64,000 nt of DNA from a bacterium (GCA_046727955.1 JBKPDO010000038.1:22198-86197), one strand, 5' to 3'; positions 1 through 9,836 are shown, counted from the first letter of the stretch. Numbers and translations are program-made. Notes: generated by a model not told the origin, from the sequence alone.

Positions 1-1167
1 GCGGTCGGGCGGATGGCGCTCGGGCTGGGGGCCGGCGTGCCGCTGGTGGGCCGCTTCGGCCGCCTTTTTCCCGAGTCGGTGGCCGCGGTGTTCGCCGTCG
101 GCGCCCTGGCCGTCTGCGCCCGTGCGGTCGCCCCGGCCGTGACCCGCCGCGCCGCCGACCCCGGCCTGGCAGCCGCCGTGGCCGCGTCGGACGACTCGCT
201 TGCCTACTTCGCGCTGCGCGACGACCGCGTCACCGTCCGTGCCGGCGACGCACTGGTCACCTACGGTGCGGTCGGGTCGGTCGCGCTGGCGGCCGGCGAC
301 CCGCTCGGACCGCCCGAACAGTGGCCGGCCGCGATCGCCGCGTTCCTCGACGCCGCGGCCACGCAGGGCCGGATCGCGGCGGTGCTCGGCTGCGGGGCGG
401 CGGCCGCGGTCTGGCGGGAGGCCGGCCTGACCACGATCTACCTCGGCGACGAGGCGGTGCTCGACCTGCGGCGGTTCTGCCTGGAGGGACGGGCGGTCAG
501 GATCGCCCGCCAGAGCTGGAAGCGGGGCCAGCGAGCCGGCTACACCGCGCTGGTGCGCCGCTCGGGCGATCTCAGCCCAGCCGAGGTGACCGCCCTCGAC
601 GAGCTGTCCCGGCGCTGGCGGGGCGACTCGGCCGAGCGGGGCTTCTCGATGAGCCTCGGCCGCCTGTTCGACCAGCGTGACCCGGACATGCTGGTGGTCG
701 CGGCCAGGGACGCCGACGGACGGGTGCGGGGCTTCCTGCACCTCGTGCCGTGGGGCGCCGACGGGGCCAGCCTGGACGTGATGCGCCGGGACCGGGCGGC
801 GCCCTCCTGGCTGAACGACTTCCTGGTGGTCGAGGCCACACGCCACCTGCCCGAGCTGGGCGTCCAGCGGCTGTCGCTGAATTTCTCGTTCCTGCGGGCG
901 GTGCTGGCGGCCGGATCAGGGCCGGGCGTGCCCGGCCGGCTGCGCGTCGCGCGCTGGCTGCTGCGGCGCCTGTCCGGGCCGTTCCAGATCGAGACGCTGT
1001 ACCGCTTCAACCGCAAGTTCAACCCCGACTGGCAGCCCCGCTACCTGGCCATCGAGGCACTAGAGGAGCTGCCGCGGGTCGCGCTCGCCACCATGCGCGC
1101 CGAGGGTCTGCTCGCCGCACCGTGGCGCCTGCGCAGGCCCCGGGCCGCCGAAGCAGGCGCACCGTGA
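1..1167 (+). CDS. Phosphatidylglycerol lysyltransferase (MprF) C-terminal-domain-like protein (DUF2156/LPG_synthase_C-like), probably 5'-partial at the window edge
   Basis: ORF 13..1167 is open to the window start. The fold-level resemblance is to the C-terminal aminoacyl-PG synthase domain. Codon usage is the GC3-rich pattern typical of real genes here. Confidence 0.45.
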   Translation, partial: AVGRMALGLGAGVPLVGRFGRLFPESVAAVFAVGALAVCARAVAPAVTRRAADPGLAAAVAASDDSLAYFALRDDRVTVRAGDALVTYGAVGSVALAAGDPLGPPEQWPAAIAAFLDAAATQGRIAAVLGCGAAAAVWREAGLTTIYLGDEAVLDLRRFCLEGRAVRIARQSWKRGQRAGYTALVRRSGDLSPAEVTALDELSRRWRGDSAERGFSMSLGRLFDQRDPDMLVVAARDADGRVRGFLHLVPWGADGASLDVMRRDRAAPSWLNDFLVVEATRHLPELGVQRLSLNFSFLRAVLAAGSGPGVPGRLRVARWLLRRLSGPFQIETLYRFNRKFNPDWQPRYLAIEALEELPRVALATMRAEGLLAAPWRLRRPRAAEAGAP

Positions 1168-1189
1168 GGCGTCCATCCGGCGCGACCGC

Positions 1190-1330
1190 CGCCCCGACCG
1201 CCCCCACCACGACCCTCACCACCACGACCCTCACCACCACGACCACCGCCACCAGTCCACCTCACCATCGCCCCCTCAGTGCGGCCCACCATCGCCCCCT
1301 CAGTGCGGCCCACCATGCCCCTGGCCGCGA
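1190..1330. repeat. Intergenic tandem repeats: 18-bp unit caccaccacgaccctcac x2, then 24-bp unit ccaccatcgccccctcagtgcggc x2
   Basis: Direct reading of the sequence between the stop at 1167 and the next gene start. Confidence 0.7.
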
Positions 1331-1385
1331 CCATGCCCCCGTCCGCGGCCACCGCGGCCCCGGCCACCACCACCAGCTCCACCGC

Positions 1386-2504
1386 GTGGCGAGCGACCTG
1401 GTCCATATCCCGTCCAGCCTGCTCCACCAGGTCGGCCGGGCCGGACCGCTGGAGAGCCCGTGGGTGTCGGTCGGATTCGGGACGTTGCTGCTGGCCAGCG
1501 TCGCCACTGCGGTGTGGCGCCGGCGGCGGCGCCCGGCGGGGGCGTTGCGCCATCGCTGGCTGCGCCGGGGCAGCCTGACCGCCTGGCTCATCACCCTGGC
1601 CACCCTCTGCGGCCTTGGCGGGCTGAACACCTACGTTGGCTACGTGCCCACGCTTCCCTCCCTGTTCGGCGCGCTTCCCTTCCACGGCGAGCGGACCGGG
1701 GGCGAGTCCCGGCTGGTGACGCTGAAGATCGGCGCCCGGCGCCTGGACGTGCCGCCGAGCACCGCCTACGTGTACCTGCCGCCCGGCTACGACGACCGGG
1801 CCAACGCGTGCCGCCGCTACCCCGTCGTCTACCTCCTGCACGGCTTCCCAGGCAGCCCGATCGACTGGTTCCGGGCAGCCGAGGTCCAGAAGACCATGGA
1901 CGCGATGCTGGCCCGGCACCTGGTCCAGCCGATGATCCTGGTCGCCCCGGACGCGAGCGGCGGCTGGCTGCACGACTCGGAGATGCTCAACCAGGTCGGC
2001 GGCCCGCAGGTCGAGAGCTATCTCGTCGGTCCGGTCGTCCACGCCGTCGACGCGAGGTTCCGGACGGTCGCGACGCGGGCCGGTCGGGCGATCGGCGGCG
2101 TGTCGAGCGGCGGCTATGGCGCCCTCAACCTGGGCCTGCGACACCAGAACGAGTACTCGGTGATCCTGTCGCTGATGCCCTACGGCAACCCGGGAGGGGT
2201 GACCAGAGCCCTGCTCGGTGGCAGCCATGCCCTCTGGCTGGCCAATTCCCCCGGCTACTACATCCCGACGATGACCTTCCACCACTCGATGAAGGTCGAC
2301 CTACTGGCCGGCAGCCGGGACCCGGAGGCGCGCGAGGCGGCCCGGCTCGCCCGCATGCTGCAGGCCCGCCACCAGCGCGGAGTCTTCACCGAGGTCTCGG
2401 GCGCGACCCACACCTGGCGGGGCGCCCGCACCGAGATCGCCTATGCCCTCGCCTTCGCCAGCGCCCACCTCGGAGACGGCCACCCCGCCCGGGTAACAGC
2501 CTGA
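1386..2504 (+). CDS. Membrane-anchored esterase (putative esterase family PF00756, alpha/beta-hydrolase); start uncertain (GTG 1386 or GTG 1464)
   Basis: There is an N-terminal transmembrane segment. The esterase-family core includes YVYLPPGY...YPVVYLLHG...GGVSSGGYGAL. No in-frame ATG occurs after the upstream stop. Confidence 0.7.
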   Translation: MASDLVHIPSSLLHQVGRAGPLESPWVSVGFGTLLLASVATAVWRRRRRPAGALRHRWLRRGSLTAWLITLATLCGLGGLNTYVGYVPTLPSLFGALPFHGERTGGESRLVTLKIGARRLDVPPSTAYVYLPPGYDDRANACRRYPVVYLLHGFPGSPIDWFRAAEVQKTMDAMLARHLVQPMILVAPDASGGWLHDSEMLNQVGGPQVESYLVGPVVHAVDARFRTVATRAGRAIGGVSSGGYGALNLGLRHQNEYSVILSLMPYGNPGGVTRALLGGSHALWLANSPGYYIPTMTFHHSMKVDLLAGSRDPEAREAARLARMLQARHQRGVFTEVSGATHTWRGARTEIAYALAFASAHLGDGHPARVTA

Positions 2505-2560
2505 ACCCAGGTCGCGCCCCCTGTACAGCTGCCCTGTCACAGCTGCAGGAGTCGTCAGCT
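2505..2560. terminator. Possible bidirectional terminator: imperfect palindrome cctgtacagctgccctgtcacagctgcagg between convergent genes
   Basis: An inverted repeat sits between the esterase stop and a minus-strand ORF stop. There is no T-tract, which is usual in high-GC actinomycetes. Confidence 0.3.
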
Positions 2561-2983
2561 TACGGTGGAATGGTGATACGACCGGCTCGGCGCTCACCGT
2601 CAAGCGCGCGAAGGGCCTGCGTCAGGGTGCTCACGTGGATCTCGCGCTCGCCTCGCTCCCACATCAGCTCGATCGCGTCAAGCAGGGCCCTCGCCTCGCC
2701 AGCCAGCGATTGCGCGGCGCGCAGGCAGGCGTAGGTGTGGCCGGTGCTGCGGGCCGGGTTGATCCGCCCCAGCAGGTCCACGAGCGCGAGGTAGTGGTCG
2801 ATGAAGGAGCACTCGGCGTCGGTCAGCGCCGGGAGGCGCGGGGTGCCCGATCGCATGCTCTCACCCACCGTCGACCGCGCCAAGCGCCGGGAGGACCTGG
2901 CGGCTGGACAGGATATCGCCGACCAGCGCTCCCAGGCGCAGGATCTCGCGTGCCTGGATGTCGACGGGGACGAGGTTGGACAT
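2560..2983 (-). CDS. Hypothetical protein, apparently split across two frames (MSNLVPVDIQAREILRLGALV... then ...DAECSFIDHYLALVDLLGRINPARS...)
   Basis: Two overlapping minus-strand ORFs (2861..2983 and 2560..2878) both have coding-like composition. The function is not recognised. Confidence 0.3.
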
Positions 2984-3248
2984 GCTGCCTCCCGCTCTGG
3001 GTCGCGACTGCCACTGAGACAGTGCCACTGCGCGGCGGGACATCGAGCGGTTTCCGCTGCTGGCAGAGGTCTGAGAGGAGTGCCCAGCTCGTTCGGCACC
3101 GCGTTGTGATCCCTGGACCTGAGCGCGGCGGGCCGCGCCGGCGGACCGTCTGCTGGCCAAGCGTTTTGGTCGCACAGGACCGGGACCGTTTAACCTATCC
3201 GGGCGAACCCGGACGGCAAGGGAAGATGTCCATGCAGAGCTTCAGGCA

Positions 3249-4880
3249 GTGACCGCCGCCACCCCCCTCCTCTCTGATCACTGGCGGTCGCTGCCCGGCC
3301 GGGCCGCGGGCGCCGCTCGGCGACACCGGCTCGTGCTTGCGCTTCTGGTGCTCGGGGTCGCGTTCCGGGTCCTGGTGCAGATCGCCTACCGGCCGCTGCT
3401 GCTGTACATCGACTCATATACCTACCTCGACAACCTGCACCGGCTCGACCCCACCGGTGAGAACCCGATCGGCTACAACCTGTTCCTGCTCCGCCCCGTG
3501 CTCGCGCTGGGAAACCTGGCGGTCCTCGCCGTGCTCCAGCACCTCATCGGCTTGGGCATGGGCGTCGCGATCTACGCACTGCTACTGCGGCGCGGCACCC
3601 GGCGCTGGGTCGCCGCCCTGGCCGCGGCGCCGGTGCTGCTGGACGCCTATCAGGTGCAGATCGAGCACAACCTGATGGCGGACACGCTGTTTCAGGCCAT
3701 GCTGCTGGCGGCGGTGGCGGTGCTGACCTGGCGGCGGACGCCTGGCTACGCCACCGCGGCCGTGGCCGGCGCGCTGCTCGGCGCGGCCGTGCTAGTCCGC
3801 CTTGTCGGCGAGCCGCTGGTGCTCCCGGCGATCGCCTACGTCGTGCTGGTCTCCTCCGGCGGCTGGCGCCGCGTGAGGCTCGCCGCCACCGTGGCCGTCT
3901 GCTTTGCGGCGCCGGTGCTCGCCTACGCCGCCGACTACCAGCACCATACTGGCAAGCTCGGCATCTCCAATACCGGAGGGGCCGCGATGTACGGCCGGGT
4001 CGCGGCGTTCGTAGACTGCTACGATCTCCCACTGCCCGCGTATGAACGTGCCCTCTGCCCGGCCGCGCCCGTCGGCGAACGAGCAAAGGCCGACGATCTG
4101 GTCAACGCTCCGGAATCGCCGCGACGGCAGGTGCAGCCGCCGCCGGGCAAGAGCGCCGCGCAGGTCGAGCGCGACTTCGCCCGGCGTGCCATCGCGCACC
4201 AGCCCCTCGACTATCTGGCGGCGGTGAGCCGCGACTTCGCCAAGGGCTTCGCCCCGACCCGCGTCACCTTCCCAGGCGACGTCCACGTGGACCGCTGGTG
4301 GTTCCCGTTGCAGTACCCGGTCTGGGGTCCCAGGTACAGCCTGCACGACGCGGTCGTGGCGGTCGAGCGCTACGGCGGCGGCGGTCCAGCGGTGCAACGC
4401 CCGCTCGCCGAGGTCCTCCAGGGCTTCCAGCGGAGTGTGGGCTACACGCCCGGTCCGGCCCTCGCGCTCGCGCTGCTCCTTGGGCTTCTAGCCGCGCTCG
4501 GCGCGGGCCGGACCGCGGACCGCCAGCAGCGCGCCGCGTGCCTGCTCTACACGACCACGGGCGCGGGGGTACTGCTGACCGCCGCGCTGTACCAGTTCTC
4601 CTGGCGCTACCAGCTCCCAGGTCTGGTGCTGCTGCCATTGGCGGGCGCCCTCGGAGCGACGGTCCTGGTCCCGTTACATCGGCCCCGTTGCATCAAGACT
4701 GGGACGAGCGTCGTACCGGGCGAACGCCGGCGCGGCGAGCGCGAGCAGCAGGACGCCTGCCATGCAGGCGAGCCCGCCGGACACGACCGCCACGTTCGGA
4801 CCGAACGCCGCCGCCACCGCGCCAGCCTCCAGGTCGCCGAGCCGCGGCCCACCCGCCCCGACGATCATGTTCACTCCTGA
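3249..4880 (+). CDS. GT39/ArnT-PMT-like membrane glycosyltransferase (GT-C fold, polytopic)
   Basis: Multiple TM segments. The N-terminal region is typical of the PMT/ArnT family (YIDSYTYLD...LGMGVAIYAL). Its 3' end reads about 200 bp through the convergent MFS gene, so the C-terminal tail or stop may be wrong. Confidence 0.6.
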   Translation: MTAATPLLSDHWRSLPGRAAGAARRHRLVLALLVLGVAFRVLVQIAYRPLLLYIDSYTYLDNLHRLDPTGENPIGYNLFLLRPVLALGNLAVLAVLQHLIGLGMGVAIYALLLRRGTRRWVAALAAAPVLLDAYQVQIEHNLMADTLFQAMLLAAVAVLTWRRTPGYATAAVAGALLGAAVLVRLVGEPLVLPAIAYVVLVSSGGWRRVRLAATVAVCFAAPVLAYAADYQHHTGKLGISNTGGAAMYGRVAAFVDCYDLPLPAYERALCPAAPVGERAKADDLVNAPESPRRQVQPPPGKSAAQVERDFARRAIAHQPLDYLAAVSRDFAKGFAPTRVTFPGDVHVDRWWFPLQYPVWGPRYSLHDAVVAVERYGGGGPAVQRPLAEVLQGFQRSVGYTPGPALALALLLGLLAALGAGRTADRQQRAACLLYTTTGAGVLLTAALYQFSWRYQLPGLVLLPLAGALGATVLVPLHRPRCIKTGTSVVPGERRRGEREQQDACHAGEPAGHDRHVRTERRRHRASLQVAEPRPTRPDDHVHS

Positions 4881-5999
4881 CAGGCGGCCCCGCATCGCAT
4901 CCGGCGTGACGAGCTGCAGGATGGACGAGCGGAACACCACACTGATGGCGTCGGCCGCGCCGGCCAGAGCGAGCAGGACAAGCGCCAGCCACAGCACCCG
5001 CACTAGACCGAACACGGTGATCGCCGCACCCCAGCCGGCGACCGCGACCAGCACTGCCCGGCCCTGGCGGCGGACGGCCGGCAGCCACCCGCTGAGCAGC
5101 GACGCAAGCAGCGCGCCGGCCGCGGGAGCGGCATAGAGGTAGCCGGCGACCTGCGGGCCACCGTGAAACTGCCCGGCGGCCATGGCCGGGAAGAGGGCGC
5201 GCGGCATGCCGAATACCATCGCGTTGACGTCGGCGAGGAAGACCGTGAGGAGCACCGGCCGCGAACGCAGGAACGCCAGGCCCTCCATGACCGACGACAG
5301 CCCGGCGCGCCGGCCGCCGCCCTCTGGCGACAGCGGCGGCAGCTGGTAGATCGCGGAGATCGCGACGGCGAACGCGCCGACGTCGACAGCATAGGCCGCG
5401 GCGTACCCGCTGGTGCTGATCAGCACGCCCGCGACCAGCGGACCGACGACGATACCGAGGGTGAATACGCCGTGAAACAAGGTGTTGGCGGCGGGGATGT
5501 GGGCCGGACCGACCAGTCGTGGCAGCAATGCCCGGCGGGTCGGCGAGTCGACCGCGGAGAAGGCGGCCTGCACGGCGACGCAGGCGTAGAGAAGCCAGAG
5601 CCGGTCGAGGTGCAGCAGCGCCTGCACCAGCAGCAGCACGCTGACCGCCGCGGATCCGGTCGAGGTCACCAGGATCAGCCGGCGCCGGTCGACGGCGTCG
5701 GCGATGGCGCCACCGTACAGCCCGAAGACGATGAGCGGCACCAGCGCAGCGAACCCGATGAAGCCGACCGCAAGACTGGACCTGGTCAGCGCGAAGACCT
5801 GTAACGGCACGGCGACCAGGGTCACCTGGGCGCCGACCATGGAGGCGCTCTGCCCGATGAAGAGCCGCCGGAAGCCGCCCGAGCTGCGCAACGGCGTCAG
5901 GTCCGTGACCAGCCGGCGACCTGTCACGGCGCCCACTTCTCGCCACCGGCCGGGCCAGCGTCTGATGTCCGACATCCGCTGATCTAACACCACCTCCAT
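4674..5999 (-). CDS. MFS transporter (EntS/MFS_3-like)
   Basis: 12-TM profile. The MFS N-terminal signature FRRLFIGQSASMVGAQV is present. Confidence 0.8.
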   Translation of the reverse strand: MEVVLDQRMSDIRRWPGRWREVGAVTGRRLVTDLTPLRSSGGFRRLFIGQSASMVGAQVTLVAVPLQVFALTRSSLAVGFIGFAALVPLIVFGLYGGAIADAVDRRRLILVTSTGSAAVSVLLLVQALLHLDRLWLLYACVAVQAAFSAVDSPTRRALLPRLVGPAHIPAANTLFHGVFTLGIVVGPLVAGVLISTSGYAAAYAVDVGAFAVAISAIYQLPPLSPEGGGRRAGLSSVMEGLAFLRSRPVLLTVFLADVNAMVFGMPRALFPAMAAGQFHGGPQVAGYLYAAPAAGALLASLLSGWLPAVRRQGRAVLVAVAGWGAAITVFGLVRVLWLALVLLALAGAADAISVVFRSSILQLVTPDAMRGRLSGVNMIVGAGGPRLGDLEAGAVAAAFGPNVAVVSGGLACMAGVLLLALAAPAFARYDARPSLDATGPM

Positions 6000-6072
6000 C
6001 CGGCAAGGCGCCTCCCGCGAGATGCCCCTGCGAGGCGGTCACGTGCGGATCTGCGGCGTTTCGGCCCTCATC

Positions 6073-6290
6073 CTTGCCGCGTGGGCTGCACGTTGCCGCG
6101 CACATCGTCGGTCAGAAGCCCTAAAGCGGATGCCGAAGCAACCATCTACGCGGCAACCTGCATCCCACGCGGCAAAGTCAGGCGCCAAAGGTGCCCGGCG
6201 CGCGGCAAGATGCACCCTACGCGGCAAGGTAAGGTGCCGGCCCCGCGGCAACCTGCACCCACAGCGGCAAGGTGGCTCAGAACGGGCGTC
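6073..6290. promoter_or_regulatory. Repeat array upstream of the eis-like gene. One inverted unit (cttgccgcgtgggctgcacgttgccgcg) is followed by three imperfect direct units of about 45 bp, each holding two GCGGCAA(g/c) half-sites with tgcaYccc.
   Basis: Direct reading of the sequence. Units begin near 6148, 6199 and 6244. The inverted copy lies at 6073-6100. Confidence 0.6.
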
Positions 6291-6336
6291 CAGAAAAGGG
6301 CGTGTGCGGAGGCGCCAGTTCGAGTACAACGGACAC

Positions 6337-7566
6337 ATGGACATCGAGATCCGCCCGATAGGGCCCGACCACTTCCCGCAGTTCTCGCGGGTGCTCGACA
6401 TCGCCTTCGGCGCGGACACCAGCGAGGAAAAGCTCGCCGACGTGCAGCGTAGCCTCGAGTACGACCGCAGCATCGCCGCGTTCGACGGCGACCGGATCGT
6501 GGCGACAGGCGGCGCCGACTCCATGGAGCTGACCCTGCCCGGCCTGACCGCGATCCCGATCGGCGGCCTGACCGCGATCGCCGTCCTGCCGACCTACCGG
6601 CGCCGGGGGATCCTGCGGTCGATCATCGCCAGGCACTTCGAGGACGTCGAGGGGCGGGCCGAGCCCGTGTCGGCGCTGATGGCCTCCGAGTCGACCATCT
6701 ACGGCCGTTTCGGCTACGGCGCGGCCACCATGGCGGCTGAGCTGGAGATCAACACCGACAATGCCGTCTTGCTGCAGCCCCCGGACACGACCGGCCGGCT
6801 GCGCCTGCTCGACAAGGATGAGCGCGCCGCGGTGGTTCGCCCGTTCTACGACCGCGTCCGCAAGGCCCAGCCAGGTGAGCTGTCCCGGATCGACTGGTGG
6901 TGGGAGATGTTCGCCAGCGACCCCAGCTGGCGATTCCAGGGCGACAGCCAGCGCCAGGACGTGGTCTACGAGTCGGAGCCGGGCCGGGTCGACGGCTGGC
7001 TCAGCTACCGGGTCAAGCACGACTGGGAGCACGGGCTTCCCAACAACCTGATCAACGTGTTCCAGCTCTTCGCGCTCACCCCCGAGGCCGGCGGGGCTCT
7101 GTGGGGCTACTGCCTCGACCTCGACCTGGCCGGGACGGTTCGGCTGTTCAGCCGGCCGGTCGACGACCCGCTGCGCTTGTGCCTGGCCGACCCGCGCCGG
7201 CTCCGCACGGTCGGGGTCGCCGATCATCTCTGGATCCGGCTGATCGACCTGCCGGCGGCCATGGAGGCGCGCCGGTACGCGGCCGAGGGGCGCCTGGTGC
7301 TGGAGGTGACCGACGCCGTGCGACCCGGCAACCAGGGCCGCTGGTTGCTGGAGGGGGGCCCGGACGGCGCGAGCTGCCAGCGCACCCGGGACGAGGCCGA
7401 CCTGGCACTCGACGTGGCCGAGCTCGGCGCCGCCTATCTCGGCGGCACCCGGCTGGCGACCTTGGGCCGGGCCGGCCGGGTCCGCGAGGAGGTCCCCGGC
7501 GCTCTGGTGCGGGCCGACGCCATGCTCGCCAGCGACCCGCCGGCCTGGTGCACCACCCACTTCTGA
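6337..7566 (+). CDS. eis: Eis-family GNAT N-acetyltransferase (aminoglycoside acetyltransferase Eis-like, with sterol-carrier-like C-terminal domain)
   Basis: ATG at 6337 is in frame with ORF 6022..7566. Motifs AVLPTYRRRGILR and ESTIYGRFGYG match mycobacterial Eis, and the C-terminal LIDLPAAMEARRY...LEV region also matches. Confidence 0.8.
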   Translation: MDIEIRPIGPDHFPQFSRVLDIAFGADTSEEKLADVQRSLEYDRSIAAFDGDRIVATGGADSMELTLPGLTAIPIGGLTAIAVLPTYRRRGILRSIIARHFEDVEGRAEPVSALMASESTIYGRFGYGAATMAAELEINTDNAVLLQPPDTTGRLRLLDKDERAAVVRPFYDRVRKAQPGELSRIDWWWEMFASDPSWRFQGDSQRQDVVYESEPGRVDGWLSYRVKHDWEHGLPNNLINVFQLFALTPEAGGALWGYCLDLDLAGTVRLFSRPVDDPLRLCLADPRRLRTVGVADHLWIRLIDLPAAMEARRYAAEGRLVLEVTDAVRPGNQGRWLLEGGPDGASCQRTRDEADLALDVAELGAAYLGGTRLATLGRAGRVREEVPGALVRADAMLASDPPAWCTTHF

Positions 7567-7784
7567 TCCAGGGTGAAGGCGATCGGGTTCAGACCGTCCG
7601 CGAAGCGGGCGGCGCGCTCGATCCCCGCCGGCGTAAGCGAGCCCATGATGATCGGGATGCCTCCCTCCTGCCGCGGCTTGGGATTGACGATCGAGGCCGG
7701 GATGCGGAAATAGCGTCCCTCGAAGCTGACCGGGTCGGGAGAGGCAAAGGGCGCAGAGGTGGGCAGCGCGACGCCAAGATCCAT
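7557..7784 (-). pseudogene. Remnant of a luciferase-like monooxygenase (LLM/F420-dependent oxidoreductase class); only the C-terminal roughly 75 aa segment is present
   Basis: FEGRYFRIP...PKPRQEGGIPIIMGS...AARFADGLNP matches the LLM C-terminal region. The N-terminal two-thirds is absent, and the rest of the ORF is antisense to eis. Confidence 0.45.
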
Positions 7785-7968
7785 GGTCCCTCCTCGAGCG
7801 AGTCAGCTTGGCGAGTGCGATCAGGTTATCGGCGCGGCCTGCTCGCCGGCCCGCCCGCACGGTGAAGCTGCTGGCCGCCGACCTTATCAGCGCGGCTCGT
7901 GGCCGCGGGACTCAGACGGCTCGTCGTCGCTTGTCCCTCTGCCAGGCCAGGGCGCCTCACGTCATCGT

Positions 7969-9836
7969 CTACCTCTTCACCCATACCTGGTAGTAGCCGT
8001 CGCCGTAACTGGTCCGATAAGGCAGCTTCGCCAGCAGACGGTATTTGTCATTCGTCCGCAGTTGCCGGAGAAGCTTGTCGTCCAATTCCTTCGTCACTGT
8101 CCAGTTGAGCACGATGACATCGAAATAGGCCTCGCGAATCGCCGCCCGGTAGCCAGGCTCGCCCAAGAGTAGCCTGCCCTTTCGATCCGTGTAGTTGATG
8201 GCGTAGGTGGAGGTCCACTGGTCCGGTGTGGTCTCCGCACGAAGGTAGTATCTGGGCACCGGGTTGGACTCGACCAGGTAGCGTCCCCCTGGTTTGAGCT
8301 GCGACTTGAGCGTGGCGACCATGCGCGTGGAGTCATCCCAGGCATGGTAAAGGTACTGGGATTGGGTGATTCCCAGCGTCAGCAGCGTCACCCAGGCGAG
8401 GATGGCCAGCTGGGGGTACCGGAAATGCGCCCCCATTATCCGACTCAGGCCGACGCCGGCCATGGGAGCCGTGAACAGCAAGCCGTAACCGACGTGCTTG
8501 TGCAGCGACACGCCGGTGTGCAGGTACACCTGGTACGCCGGCGCGAGCAGGGCGGTGCCACACAACAGCAGGCCGAGGGCCAGTCGCCACGGCCGACCAC
8601 GATTCCCATCTCGCCTCATGCGCGGCACCTCGCCCATGCGTTCCCGCCGGACATAGCACACCGTGCCCAACAGCGCGAGAGCGAGCAAGCCCCCACCACA
8701 CTCCAGGCAGTCGAGGAGCAGATCCAGGGGATCTGCGTTGCCAACGGCTCGGGCCGTGGTGGTGACGCGCACGGCGTGGAGATAATCGTCCCCGGCTAGC
8801 GCCAGCGCCCCGGCGAGCGTGGCTGCGGTGAAAGCGGGCAGCAAGATGCCACGCAGCACCAACCCTCCCCACCTGCGGTGCGGGAAGGTGGCCAGCGCGG
8901 CGAGCACGGCTACGGTGGGAAGAAACATGAGAGCGGCGTACTTCACCGCCACCGCGAGCGCCATCACCGGTGCAGCGAGAAGGCACGCCGGGATAGCCAA
9001 GTTGTGAGCGGTACGGACCACGATCCAGGCGGCAAGTGCGAGCAGGAAGATCGTCGCTGCGTCGTAGGTGGCGAAGTTGCCCAGAAACAGGGTGGACTGA
9101 GTGGTGGCGAAGACGGCAGCCGCGCACAAGCCTGCCCGTTCGTTGAACAGCAACCGCGACAGTGAGTAGAGCAGGGCCGTGGCCCCGAGCATGAAGACGA
9201 GGCTCAAGGCACGCGCCGCGGTGAGGCCGAAGGCCGACTCGACTGCGGCGGCAAGCACCGGGTAAAGACCGGCGAGCCAGAAAAGTACGCGGTGAACTCT
9301 GGCGGGACAGGCCTTCCGTAGTGGAAGTGGTCCAGTTGGAGGTGGCCGACGTAGAGATACAGGGCCTCGTCCTCGAACGCGGTGTTCTGCAGCCGGAGAG
9401 ACAGCACGGCCTGCACGACGAGGATGCCGAGCAGGACCGCTCGACTTACCCGAGTGCGGCGGCGGCTCGGCGCGGCTGTCCAGCCGGATTGGGGGACGGA
9501 AGGCACGCTGTAGCCCGGCGTCCGCTGCCTTGGGGTGGCGACGGGGGCGGCCCGGTGCATGGGAGGAGTGGGATGGCCTCGCCCGCGCTGGCCGGGCGGA
9601 CCGTTGCGCTCAAAGCCTGTCCTTGTCTGATTCTCGTCCCAGGACCACGGGTTCGCGGGTGGCGGTTCAGTGGCAGACGGAGGAACGGTGGCACGCCCAT
9701 CCTGATCCCAGGGAAGATACTCGCCGCCGGGACCGATCTCGACGGCGGGGGGTCTAGGGACATTCGTTTCGCCACCGCCATTTCGCTGAGCGGCGATGCG
9801 GCCACCGCCAGGTCGGATTTCTCTCTCAGAGGCCAT
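7969..9836 (-). pseudogene. GT39/ArnT-PMT-like membrane glycosyltransferase with a long Pro-rich N-terminal extension, interrupted by a 1-bp frameshift near 9245-9260
   Basis: N-terminal ORF 9204..9836 (...LLGILVVQAVLSLRLQNTAFEDEALYLYVGHLQLDH...FSGSP) continues in another frame as ORF 7969..9258 (GLYPVLAAAVESAFGL...). It could be a true pseudogene or an indel error. Confidence 0.6.

Noticed and set aside
4693-6105. 470-aa minus-strand ORF overlapping the MFS gene in another frame
   Set aside because: The alternative frame of the MFS transporter gives a clean 12-TM protein, whereas this frame gives an Arg-rich low-complexity product.
6277-7860. Long minus-strand ORF (527 aa) opposite the eis-like gene
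   Set aside because: It is Arg/Pro/Gly-rich low-complexity sequence with no domain. It lies exactly antisense to a well-supported gene. This is a typical GC-rich shadow ORF.
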